Source of the DNA: Felis catus
Lineage: Eukaryota
Reading direction: 5' to 3'
DNA: 64,000 nucleotides
Assembly: GCF_018350175.1 (NCBI RefSeq)
Contig: NC_058368.1
Coordinates: forward strand, 68,512,001 to 68,576,000
Shown here: positions 26,861 to 37,920 of the stretch, piece after piece
Numbering within the stretch: the stretch's first letter is position 1
How the letters are laid out: each line of letters opens with the position of its first letter
Made by a program: the position numbers and the translations under genes
Notes under the pieces: generated by a model
Databases searched by the model: none
Seen by the model: only the letters and a program-made list of their open reading frames with translations
Told to the model about the DNA's origin: nothing

Positions 26861-28950
26861 GATTTAATAGACAAAGATAATAAAGGAGCTGTGTAAATAT
26901 GCTTGAAGAGTTAAAAGAAAATGACTTATTTAGTGAGTGAGAGGAAATTTCAGAAGTGGAATTAAATAAAAGCTTTATAATCAAAAAGTTAAATAACTGA
27001 AATAAAAACCTCTCAGGGGAGTCCCTTTGATTCTCTTATGGGCAATTTTTATCAGTCAAGCAAAAACTAATAGACATTCAAGGAGACAGGATCCCATGAC
27101 CCATAAACACAGGCAAAATGGCAGACAAGAGAAGCAGACCCAATGGTAATATGACATTGGAGCAAATAGATTGGGACTTTAAAATAACTGATTATTCAGT
27201 TCTAGAAAATATAGGGAAAGGGACAAAACAGATCAAAAGACAAAAACAACAACAACAACAACAACAACAAAAACTACTTCACAGAAGTGGTAGAATAAAG
27301 AGAACCAAAAGTACATTGTATAAATTTAAAAAAAAAATACAATATCTGAAATCAGGAATTCGATGCATGAGTTTCATAGCAAATTATCTATAGTACAAGC
27401 CAGGATTAATGAAAGATAAATAGAGAATATTCAGAAGAAAGTGCAGGAAAGGAAATAGAATTGAAAGAAGACAGATCAATGTGCATAACAAATGTAGTTT
27501 CTTCCCAGGAACTCAGTAATGAACAGGGCTCTCACCCTTCAGGGATTTCTGCCTTGCTGGCCTTGTATCATCTGATATCATCTGGACTCATTGTATAGTA
27601 TCAGGTAGATTGGATTGAACGGTGTTCTCTGGGTGGAATTTAAGGATGAAATTAGCACAGGAAGTGAGCATTTAGCCTCAAGTGCTACGTGGCCTTGTCA
27701 TTATTAATGCCTTGTTCTCCCTCTTCTCAGAACTCTCTAGGGGAAAGTGAAAATGCCCTGCCGTAGTCCAAGAAGATACACAGAGGCACTAAGGTGGGTT
27801 TGTAGAAGCATGGCGCAACAAGGCCAGCTCGTTCCCCAAGGCTGCAGCTCTAACCCTGTGGGTCACAGGCATGGCCGTTAACCCTGAAGAGTTAAAGAAC
27901 AAAAATTTGGCCCATCCAGAAAGGATACTCTGCCAGTACTTACACTCTGTCTTTTCATGCCTTCCCAAAGGAGGAGGAGGAGCTAAATGTAATCGGTGGG
28001 TCTGTGCTCAGAGTAGCAGGGGAAGAGACAGTTGATGGGTTAAAGATCTTTACAGAGAAGTCTTAACAAATGAAACCAGAAGGGTGTTAGACTTTTAAAA
28101 GTCACCACTGTGAACACCTTAGTGGGTCCAGACAATAAGTAATGACGGAAAAACTATGAAGGGCAAAGGAAGTTGTATCTTTATGATACAAGGATCAGGC
28201 CGATACATCCTGAAACCCCTGCTCAATCGTTAAATGGAGAGCAGTCAGGCCCTATACCTCCTGAGGTGGAGTCCTGTTTCTGTGAAAAGAAAACAAAGGA
28301 GGAAGGAGAGGAGGCAGGGAAAGAGGGAGGGAGGGAAAGAAAGGGAGAGGAGGGAGGGAGCGAGGATGGGAGAAAAGAATCTACATCTAATCTAACCTCC
28401 AGTTCTCCTTTCTAACTTACACCAAATGCAGGGCATGGAGCCACATGACAAACAGCCGAACGGAATTAAAACGCAATGAGGAAGATTCCACAGTGCAAAT
28501 GACTCAATCCCTTCAGTAAATAGATGACAATAAATAAAGGAAAGGGGAACTCTAATAGATGAACAGAAATTTGATAGACCTATCAACCACATGTAGCGCA
28601 TAGACCTTGCCTGGACCCTAATTTGAAAAAGCCAACCGTATGAAGACATGTTTGGGGTAACCAAGGGAAGGAAAATAAGGATTGGATATTAGATAATATT
28701 AAGAAATAATTTTTTATTTTGTTTGGTTTTCTGCTTTTTGAAAGAGATCAATGTTGAAGCATTTATAGGTGAAACTGCTATGTCTCCTAGGATTTGCTTT
28801 TAAATATTCTAGCAAAAAAAAACAAAAGGGTGGGGGGAATGGATGAAACAAGAATGGCAGGATGTTGGTTACTGGTGACATTCAGTCATGGATATGGGAG
28901 GTCATTTTGTTACTTTTTCTACTTCTTTGACCATTTAAATTTCCATGATA

Positions 28951-29170
28951 GGGGCTCCTGGGTGGTTCAGTCGGTTGAGCGTCTGAATCTTGATTTCGGC
29001 TCAGGTCATGATCCCAGGGCCGGGGGGTTGAGCCCCATGTCAGGATCCATGCTGAGCATGGAGTCTGCTTGAGATGCTCTCTTGCGCACTCTCTCTCTCC
29101 CTCTGTCCCTTTCCCCCGCTCACACTCTCTCTCTCTAAAATAAAAGTTAAAAAGAAAACATTTTTTAAAA
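28951..29170 (+). mobile_element. CanSINE
   Basis: ggggctcctgggtggttcagtcggttgagcg head; TSD-like aatttccatgatag / aattctatgatag. Confidence 0.9.
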
Positions 29171-30479
29171 AATTCTATGATAGACAGTTAAAAACAAAGT
29201 GGAGGGGCTACTGCGTCGCTAAAGTTTGGAACAGTTTTTTCTAGATTCCCTGCACTCAAGCACATTGGGCCTGACTTGAACTTAGATTCCTCATATGGTG
29301 AGAAGACCCAGCAGCTCCCTCTCTGGCAGACAGTCAGAGCTCTGCTCTTTTGTCCCCGTACTTTCTTGGCCTACAACTATGAGACAAGGTCATTCGGGTC
29401 CTATTCTAGTCTTGGGAGTATCATCAATCTCTTCTTTTGGCCTCAGTTCCAAACACAATTAGCCCAGAACTCTTTACTTTGGAAAATAAGACTGACCCTT
29501 TGAGTCTAATTTAGCTCGGATCTTTGCGATTATATTCTATCAGCAGAACCCTGGAGGACAGACTGTCATCTGCACCTGACCCATACCTGCAGGGAGCAGG
29601 GCCAATAAAAGAATAACACAGCTGAGTGAGCGAAGGTATTTTGAGGATAAAGGAATATTATGCATGTTCCCAAACTAAGGTCGGTTATCCAAGGTAATAG
29701 AAATGTTAAAAATTTGAGAAAATGGGATTCAGTGGCAGAGTAAAATCCCTAAGACAGCAGAGTAAGGACCAAAGACACAGCAGAAGAATTGAAATCAGAA
29801 GGAGAAATGATTTACTGTTCTGTACATTTGTGGGAAGAAGGAAAAGGATAAAAAAGATTCTACAGAGACAGTTGAGACAGACATAAAGGAGATTCGGGTG
29901 GCTTTTTTTCTGGTGGGTAAAATCTTTGAAATAAGAAAGAATAGAGACAGAAAGGGGTTTGCATCCCGGGCTAGAATAACAACAGCTGTGGTACAGAGGC
30001 TGACCTGTCCACACTTTGGTGAGGGCAGGACACTGGGTAGATGGGAAGGAGAGCTACCCGGCCTTCAGGTTCCCAACGGGCCTCTGAATGCTGTTTCATG
30101 CTGTGCAGCCAACGTGCATGAGGAAGTCAAGCCCTCCAGTCAAACAGCTCGTTCCTTATGCTCTGGAAAGGCCCTGGAGACGATGGCTCAGAAGGTGGGT
30201 GGTGGAGACAGTGCCATCATCCAGAAACATCCATGTGCGGAGCCTTCGGCCTGCCTCCTTCTTCCCCCTGCAAGCCTGGCAGAGGCTCCCGGAGCACATC
30301 TTTACTTAGGTCTAAGTCAGATGTAATGTTCTAGAAGAACCTGAAAGTCACAAACAGTTTTGCTCTCTACACATGGAGAACGTAAGCTTCATGTAAATAT
30401 ATATAATGGTGGTAAAGCTGCACTTTCACAGAAAAATACTACCAGCTTATTCAGTATTTATCCAGTGTCTTTAAATTAG

Positions 30480-30485
30480 TTTATT
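30480..30485 (-). terminator. Candidate OXGR1 polyadenylation signal, distal copy
   Basis: AATAAA inside the second copy of a SINE TSD, followed on the minus strand by ctaatttaaagaCA and a T/GT-rich tagtatttttctgtg. Confidence 0.5.
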
Positions 30486-30692
30486 GGGGCACTTGGGTGG
30501 CTCAGTTGCTTAAGCATCCGACTTTGGCTCAGGTCACAATCTCGCGGTTTGTGAGTTCGAGCCCTGCGTCGGGCTCTGTGCTGACAGCTCGGAACCTGGA
30601 GCCTGCTTCAGATTCTGTGTCTCCCTCTCTTTCTCTGCCCCTCCCCTGCTCACGCTCTGTCTCTCTCTCAAAAGCAAACATAAAAAAATTTA
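30486..30692 (+). mobile_element. CanSINE antisense to OXGR1 at the putative poly(A) site
   Basis: Full copy; perfect 14-bp TSD taaattagtttatt at 30472-30485 and 30693-30706. Confidence 0.95.
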
Positions 30693-30700
30693 TAAATTAG

Positions 30701-30706
30701 TTTATT
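30701..30706 (-). terminator. Candidate OXGR1 polyadenylation signal, proximal copy
   Basis: AATAAA on the gene strand about 1.44 kb past the stop codon (about 1 kb once two SINEs are removed). Confidence 0.5.
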
Positions 30707-30965
30707 AATTGTATCGACACATTTACTAAGGTTTTAAATGTCCAGACTGAGCATTTTTCTCAAATTATTTCAACTTATATTGTGATAATTAGGCACACAC
30801 ATAAATCAAAAATAGCTTTAGCTGTTAAAATAAATAGATAACATATTTTCAAGAGAGTCACAAAAGAGAACGTTATCTAAAGGGAATCGGTGTTTCCGAG
30901 AATCGTTTTCCACAGAAATCATGACGACGTTAGATTTTACTTAACATCCAATATATACACGATAT

Positions 30966-31185
30966 TTAAAAAAAATTTTTAACATTTATTCATTATTGAG
31001 AGACAGAGAGAGACAGAGCATGAGCATGGGAGGGGCAGAGAGAGGGGGAGACACAGAATCCGAAGCAGATTCCAGTCTCCAAGTGGTCAGCATAGAGCCC
31101 GACGCGGGGCTCGAACCCACGAACAGTGAGACCATGACCTGAGCCGAAGTTGGACACCCAACCGATTGAGCCACCCAGTCGCCCC
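30966..31185 (-). mobile_element. CanSINE in putative OXGR1 3'UTR, sense to the gene
   Basis: Full reverse copy; TSD tatatacacgatattt / tatatacaaggtattt. Confidence 0.95.
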
Positions 31186-31647
31186 TATATACAAGGTATT
31201 TAAAAGGACTTCTGTTTCCCCAAGAAGTGGCTCCTCCTTCCCCAGGATGTGGTGATAATAACTAGTATTAGTTGATCATTTTTATAAACTCAGCAGCAAC
31301 TTTTAAAACGACCTACAACAATACAGACATAATGACCCACATATGTTGCTATTTGCACTGACATCTTTGGGGTGTCTCAGGTGAATTGTACTGACCACCT
31401 TGAATCTACTTGACTAAAGCCTTGTGAGAAACGCAGTTTAATGGCCTCAAAGCAAAGTTTGAAAGAGTAAGTTTTAAAGCTATGAAATGAAAACAAAAAG
31501 AATACTGAAAAAGAGATAAATAATGCCTTGGATAGTCTGGGGGTTCAACACAAACAGGCCCCAGTATGAAGGGGGCATGAAACCATGAGTGAGTAGCTTG
31601 GTTTTCTCCAATCTTGGCACTAACTTCCTGACAGATCTAGGGCATGT

Positions 31648-31871
31648 TTTTCTTTTTTTTAAGTTTATCTATTTTTTTGTTTTGAGAGAGAGGAGAGAGA
31701 AAGGGAGAGCTGAGGAGGACAGAGAGAGAAAGGGTGAGAGAGAATCCCAAGCAGGCTCCTCAGTGCCAGTGCAGGCCCCAGTGAGGGGCTCGAACTCATG
31801 AACTTCGAGATCATGACCTGAATCGAAATCAAGATTTGGAGGCTTAGCCAACTGAGCCATGCGGGTGCCCC
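31648..31871 (-). mobile_element. Older CanSINE in putative OXGR1 3'UTR, sense to the gene
   Basis: gagatcatgacctgaatcgaaatcaaga...actgagccatgcgggtgcccc. Confidence 0.9.
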
Positions 31872-32144
31872 AAGACTAGATGTTTCGCAAGATGTCCCTG
31901 ATTTCTAATAGTTTGGATTCTACATGTGAATCTTCTGCTGATACGCATGTATCCCATTCTTACCTCTACCCTAGGGAAGATCTCAATAAATGGGTTACCA
32001 AGAACTCCCGGTAGCCCCGTCCTGGCTTTGGCACGTGATTACCTGAACATACAATATTTCCTGAGAGCCACTGAGGGAGCCGTTCTGGACTTAGAAGTTA
32101 AAATATCAGCAGGCTTTTCTTCTTGGTTGACTAAATGAAGTATG

Positions 32145-33161
32145 TCAAGGGTTGTTTGAGTAACTGATTTGTTTTGCTTGTTCCAGGTCCCCACTGGCTT
32201 TGCATCTCACCATCGAGCAGAGGGCCTGCTGGAAGTTGTCACTGACCACCACATACAGTAACAGGTTACCGAAGGTGTTCAGGGCGGCTAACGGCCTAGA
32301 AACGATGTACGCTTCATGGATCTGATTCTCGATGGGGCAGCTGATTGAAAGCAGTCGAGATTCGATCCGAATGACCCTCAAGATGTGGAAGGGTAAAAAA
32401 CATATGTAAAACACGAGGAGTAGCAGAATGGTTAGCCTTCTAGCTTTCTGCTTAAGGCAGCTGTGATTCTGAGGTCCTTGGGTTAGGGTGCAGATAATCA
32501 TTGTATAGCACAGTGTCACTATCACCAGGGGAAGGCAGAAAGTAGTTGCAGTCAAAACTAGATTGTACCATTTGATAGTGGCGAGGTCATCCGAACTGGT
32601 GAGGTCAAGGCAGGCCGATCTATTGGGCCCGGTGGTTGATGTGATCAGGAAGGTCATGGGAATGACGGCCACCAGGGAAATGATCCACACCACAGCACAG
32701 GCCACCACGGCCCATCGAGTCTTGTGAAAGGAAAAGCAGCTCATGGGGTGAATGATCACGAAGTATCGGAAGATGCTGTAACAGGTGAGGAAGAGGATGC
32801 TGCTGTACAGGTTGAAATGGAAGCCGAAGCGGATGAACTTGCACATGAAATCCCCAAAGATCCAGTTTTCGCCGCTGGCATAGTAGTGAATCAGGAAAGG
32901 GAAGCTGGTTAGATACAGCAGGTCTGTGCAGGCCAGGTTCAGCATAATGATGGTGCTGCCTTTCCACGGCCGCATTTTGAAAATGTAAGTGGAAATCGCT
33001 ACTGCATTCCCTGGAAAGCCCACCAGGAAGATGATGCTATATGTTACAGGGAGGTAGTGCCTCTTGAGTGGGATTTTTTCATCAGTGCAATTTCCAAAAG
33101 GCGCTGCAAAATCGGGGAAGTCGGAAGAAGCATTTGCAAAACTGTCCAGTGGCTCATTCAT
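32145..33161 (-). CDS. OXGR1: 2-oxoglutarate (alpha-ketoglutarate) receptor 1 / GPR99, P2Y-like class A GPCR, 338 aa, single coding exon
   Basis: Seven hydrophobic segments; GN (TM1), NLACTD (TM2), FRY at the DRY position, CFLPFH (TM6), NLLLY at the NPxxY position; N-terminus MNEPLD and C-terminus SYSNNP match recalled mammalian OXGR1; Kozak gccATG. Confidence 0.98.
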   Translation of the reverse strand: MNEPLDSFANASSDFPDFAAPFGNCTDEKIPLKRHYLPVTYSIIFLVGFPGNAVAISTYIFKMRPWKGSTIIMLNLACTDLLYLTSFPFLIHYYASGENWIFGDFMCKFIRFGFHFNLYSSILFLTCYSIFRYFVIIHPMSCFSFHKTRWAVVACAVVWIISLVAVIPMTFLITSTTGPNRSACLDLTSSDDLATIKWYNLVLTATTFCLPLVIVTLCYTMIICTLTQGPQNHSCLKQKARRLTILLLLVFYICFLPFHILRVIRIESRLLSISCPIENQIHEAYIVSRPLAALNTFGNLLLYVVVSDNFQQALCSMVRCKASGDLEQAKQISYSNNP

Positions 33162-33232
33162 GGCTGTCTCCTTTCATCTTGCAGGAAAACAAGCGTTCGG
33201 TTTGGCAACACAAATCACTTCAAACTAACTCC

Positions 33233-33262
33233 CTGATAAAGGAAAACAGAAAACATTAATGA
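33233..33262 (-). other. OXGR1: 3' splice acceptor of the OXGR1 coding exon (exon starts at 33232)
   Basis: Minus strand reads cattaatgttttctgttttcctttatcAG|GGAG: branch-like TTAAT, pyrimidine tract and AG, 71 nt upstream of the ATG. Confidence 0.8.
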
Positions 33263-33529
33263 TAGGGTAATGAAAACAATGATCTTCTTTTAAATGAAAA
33301 TTGCTCTCAGATCCTAAATGTGCCACTTCTTTCTCTTTAATCTCAAAGAGACCCTGTGGAGAAGAGATTGAATTTCTAAGAAAACGATTGTGAGGCAAGG
33401 CATCTAATAATAATATGAAAGTTAAGTTACCACCAGAATGAAAACGAAGGATTGCAAATAAACAAATGCATGTAGCGGCAGTGGACATCAAGTTGGCAAG
33501 GTTGCTGTTTGGGGAAGCCACAGAATGTC

Positions 33530-33770
33530 ACCATTAGAGACTTAACAAGACCTACCATTAATCAAGCGCAAGGCACTTCACCATCACGTAACCTCTAAAC
33601 TTCACAAGATGCTGTGAAGTGTTTCTTATTATCTCTATTTTACAGGAGAAATAAAGACTGAGGGAGGTTTTGCAACACGTCCCTGGAAGGCACCTGGTGG
33701 CACAGCCGGGGCTCGAACCTGTGTCTCTCTGATTTAGAGGCCATCCTCGATTCTAGCTTCCCTCACTACG
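33530..33770 (-). mobile_element. MIR SINE in the OXGR1 intron
   Basis: ttattatctctattttacaggagaaataaagactgagggaggtt. Confidence 0.55.
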
Positions 33771-34269
33771 CTGCCTCCCAGTACAGATTCCCCCACGTAC
33801 GTGATGGAACAGGAAGTGTGAAGGCATAAAAAGACAGAATACTGCCCGTTTTTTAAATGTAGATTTCACATCTTGCACCATCATACATACGGTAGATTTC
33901 ATTTTCCAATGTCGGCTCTTCCAACCTATTTTAATAGCTAATATAATTTGTTCACGGGAGGGTGTGTGTGTGTGTGTGTGTTTGCCAGGGGAGAAGGAAG
34001 AGCAGATTCATGCAGCGTTAAAGCTTTGCGCTCTGTCGCCAGCCTGCCTGACCTTGATTCTCAGTTTGGCTATTGAGAACACTTGTGTGTCCCTAAGCAC
34101 GTTGCTGAAGCTCTCCAGGGCTGGGAGCAGTGGCGTTTTAATTTCCTTCTTCTTACTTATCAGGGTTTTCTAAAATTTTGACAGTGAATTTCTGCAACGA
34201 GAAAAGCATGAAGATTATTTAAAAGAAGAATCACTTACAATTAGCTTATTATTCAGATGTAAATAGATG

Positions 34270-34800
34270 TTGGTAAAATGTATCCACTTACACATTTACG
34301 GAGTGCCCACTGTGTATTAATTAGGCACTCTGCCAGCTCCTAGAGATACAAAATGAATAACACACACAGATGTACAAGCCACTATCACAGTCTACTGGGG
34401 GAGATAGACATGGACATAATTTTGACGAAATGTAACCCTACCACATGGAGCTGTCAATATATTTTTTTAAAAAGGCTGGAAAAACACTTGGAACACTATT
34501 GGGCACATAATAAGTGCTCAATAAATGTTGGGTAGTTGTTAATCACTAAGTCCTTTGATAGATGAATGGCATGAGAAGGAAGGGAACAGTTGCCTGGAGA
34601 ACAGGGGAGGGCACGAAGCAAGGTCATTAGGAAGGAACATTTAAGCAGAAAGTAGCGAGAGGAAGGGAAAGGCATTCTAGGCAAAAGGAATAGCATGTGC
34701 AAAGGCACTGAGATATGACAGAGGGAGATATTCAAGGGAGCTCTGCTCAGCATGGCTGCTATATTAAGGACCAGTGGGAGATGAAACTGGAAAGAAAATA
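34270..34800. mobile_element. L2 remnants
   Basis: catttacggagtgcccactgtgtattaattaggcact; ggcattctaggcaaaaggaatagcatgtgcaaaggc. Confidence 0.55.
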
Positions 34801-35030
34801 ATAGCTGATAATAAAAATAATAGCGCGTCCTGGGTACAAAGCACTACTACTCTAGTATGCATTCATTTTATCCTCCCAGCAGTCTGGCAAGGTAGTTCTG
34901 TGATCATGCCCATTTTACAGAGGAAACTGAGGCACCAAGAAGACAATGAGTTGCTCAAGGTCACACTGCTAGTTAGTAGTGAGCCATAAGATGCAGACTA
35001 GGGCAGTCAGTCTGCAGAGCTGGGATGCCT
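34800..35030 (-). mobile_element. MIR SINE
   Basis: cccattttacagaggaaactgaggcac...ttgctcaaggtcacactgctagttagt. Confidence 0.75.
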
Positions 35031-36088
35031 CTCACAGTGAGTAGGCAAGAGGCAAATAAATGCTCTAAAATAACAAGGTTGAATTAGACTGTATCCCAGA
35101 TGGGCTAAGTATATCAAACATCCTAAATTGTGTGATCCAGGGCTAACCTGTCAACAATAACGGCACCCACCTCTTTGGGTTGAGAGAGGTTAAATGAGTT
35201 AAGTATATTTTGAAACATACTTTATGTATGTGTTTTGAAAGATATACGTGCTATATCATCGTCTGCCGTCATTATTACTATTATCTGATACTAAAATCGA
35301 CACTTTCAAGCTTCCCCCAGTGCAGCAAAGAGGTAGATTTCAGACTGGCCCAGCTTAACTAATCGAAACTAGTAGACTCCTCCCCAGTTCATTGGCCTTG
35401 AATATACTCTTCCGGATCTCACTTAGGGTGCAGATCAGGATGGCCTTAAACATTTATGACTTCTATTCCATACGAATTGGGGAAAGACTAGCCTCGGGAT
35501 GTGAAGCATGCCACTGGGCAGCTGTTAGGATCCTCCAGGGGAGACGCCAGTGCTCCCTGGGACCGTGTATGACAGATGGAGAGCAAATGTTTCCTTCCTT
35601 GTCAAGTTAATTTACTCTCGCTGGACACACTATTCCTAGAACTATTACCTACACAGCAGTGAAGGTGATCCGAGTCAGGTACTGCTGACCAGCAAGGGTT
35701 CTCTGAGGCCAGGAAACTACAGCAGACAGCTTTTTCCTTGGCCAGACTCTTTAAATGGGCTCATGCCCAGATGGGAGCAGTAATTTGTACCTGAAAGAAA
35801 ATGGTCACGGTCAAAGAGTCCCTGAGGCAGCACTTCCGGAAGCCAGTTCGTAGCAAGTCCTTAGTCAGGTCCACACTGCTTATCTGTCAACTCCCTGAAA
35901 CCAGAAACACAGAATCACCTCATACCCTAAGGGCCAACACAGCGAAGGTTCTCAATACATATTTGCTGAAGAAAAGAACAATGAGGAATTTCAGCAAAAT
36001 TTTATCTGGGGCTGAAGGGTTAATGAAATGGCAACTTTTTTTTGTTTGTTTTAAGTTTGCTTCTTTAACGACTTTTAAAGTAAGAAGT

Positions 36089-36295
36089 GGGGCTCCTGGG
36101 TGGCTCAGTGGGTTGAGCTTCCGACTTCGGCTCAGGTCATGATCTCGCGGTCTGTGAGTTCGAGCCCCGCATCAGGCTCTGTGCTGACAGCTCAGAGCCT
36201 GGAGCCTGCTTCGGATTCTGTGTCTCCCTCTCTCTCTGACCCTCCTCTGTTCATGCTCTGTCTCAAAAATAAATAAACATTAAAAAATTTTTAAA
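36089..36295 (+). mobile_element. CanSINE (intronic)
   Basis: Full copy; TSD core agtaagaag. Confidence 0.95.
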
Positions 36296-37486
36296 CAAAA
36301 TAAATACAGTAAGAAGCAAAATTATAATTTCTGTCATTGCCAAATGAACCCCTGGCCATGTCATGGGGCCATTTTAAACAATAATCATATCAGGAAAAGA
36401 CAGGTTGTAGGTAGAAACAACCACCTTATTGTTTTGAAAAACAACAGTTCAACTGGGGATTTAATGAAGACTGAGAGACCAACTGGAAGGGAGGAGGGAT
36501 TGGCCAAGAAATTTAACCCCTCTTCCACAAACCTCAGCAAAAGAATGGTTTGAGTTTACAAAATATGTGTCAGGTTTAGAACAACAGACAAAACCGGTCA
36601 GGGATGTGAGGTCAGGTTTCTTCCCTCAGTCGTCCCACAATCTCGTGCAATTCACTGCTACTATCCCAAGAGCCAGATGTCCACAAAGGACTCATTTACA
36701 TTCAGGGGACACTCAAGAATGATATGACATGCTCCCTACATTTTGCTCCAACAGCGGACCTCAATCAAAGGGAGGTTATAGACCACCTAGAACTAACAGA
36801 CTCTTTACAAACTAGAAATAATGATCTATTAAGTTTCAACATAAACAGATGCATATGTTTGAACTAAACTAGATAACACACAAATAAAAGCAAACACCAA
36901 AGATTTGGGGATATTTTTACAAAGGAAAAAAATCACATCATTTTGGCTCATTTTTTTTTCTCGGAAATTGGGAAGAGATTGTGATTCTCTGAGGCTAGCT
37001 GCAGGCTATCAGTGTTTTGGAAACAAGCAGTTTGAGAACCGCTATCCTAAATGTCAATTTGCCAATGAACCTCGTAGACAGGGATTCCAAGCTTCTGATA
37101 TGGAAGACAGGACCAAAAAACGGCAGCATAAACTATTTTATGTCCATGGCACCCTCTTGCCTGCCGGGGGGTGGGGGGAGGGGGGAAACAAGTAGGATTC
37201 ACGATGAAATGTGATTTTTCTAGGGTATCTGCTAATTTTGTAGTAAACTCTTAATCCAACAATACCCCACCCCACCCCGTTAGAGTTCCCTTCCCTCCAC
37301 ACACACCCTGGGTTTTTCCGGTGCTGTTCCAAAGCTGAGTTAACATTCATTCTTTCCTCTTCTCAAGCTGCCAGTGGACCGGGAGGCATAAACTTGTAAC
37401 CCTGTGCCTCTCACATTCCTTCAGAGTCCTTGGAAACTATGGCTGGGGTTGTACCAAGAGGAACCATGGGTAGACATTTTACTCAC

Positions 37487-37518
37487 AAAGATTCATCTTC
37501 CTTTCTTCCTCTACATAT
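37487..37518 (-). other. Candidate small 5'UTR exon of OXGR1
   Basis: Minus strand tttacAG|ATATGTAG...GAATCTTT|GTGAGT; weak pyrimidine tract; no transcript evidence available. Confidence 0.3.
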
Positions 37519-37676
37519 CTGTAAACTAATTTGACTTGGTACTAGTTGAAAACAGACCAGTTCTTCATCCAGGCAAATTTGAGAGATGCATGAATGCTGT
37601 CCTTCCTGAGTTTGAAGGACTCCTTCTCCCCAACCTTTCCCTCAATTCCAGCTTTCAGTTAAGAATCTGCAACTCA

Positions 37677-37898
37677 TGGCACCTGGCTGGCTCAGTCCGT
37701 TAAGCATCCAACTTCAGCTCACGTCATGATCTTACAGTCTGTGGGTTCGAGCCCTGCATCGGGCTCTGTGCTGACAGCTCAGAGCCTGGAGCCTGCTTCG
37801 GATTCTGTGTCTCCCCCTCTCTCTGCCCCTCCCATGCTCATGCTCTGTCTTTCTCTGTCTCTCAATAATAAATAAACGTTAAAAAATTTAAAAAAAGA
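37677..37898 (+). mobile_element. CanSINE, younger member of tandem pair
   Basis: 16-bp TSD aagaatctgcaactca at 37661-37676 and 37899-37914. Confidence 0.95.
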
Positions 37899-37920
37899 AA
37901 GAATCTGCAACTCAGGGTTG

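Noticed and set aside
27245..27271. Poly-Gln in ORF 27118-27393
   Set aside because: (CAA)n microsatellite inside a degraded L1
28286..28380. Purine-rich tract
   Set aside because: Ordinary low-complexity GA-rich sequence without a clean mirror repeat
32252..32771. FRY and NLLLY instead of DRY and NPxxY, as possible signs of pseudogenisation
   Set aside because: These are the normal OXGR1 motifs as I recall them; the frame is intact
32620..32967. 115-aa alternative-frame ORF inside OXGR1, and antisense ORFs
   Set aside because: GTG start; expected shadow of codon bias in the real CDS
35391..35456. Short imperfect duplication (MALNI twice in the ORF track)
   Set aside because: Only about 14 bp of imperfect similarity; no further structure
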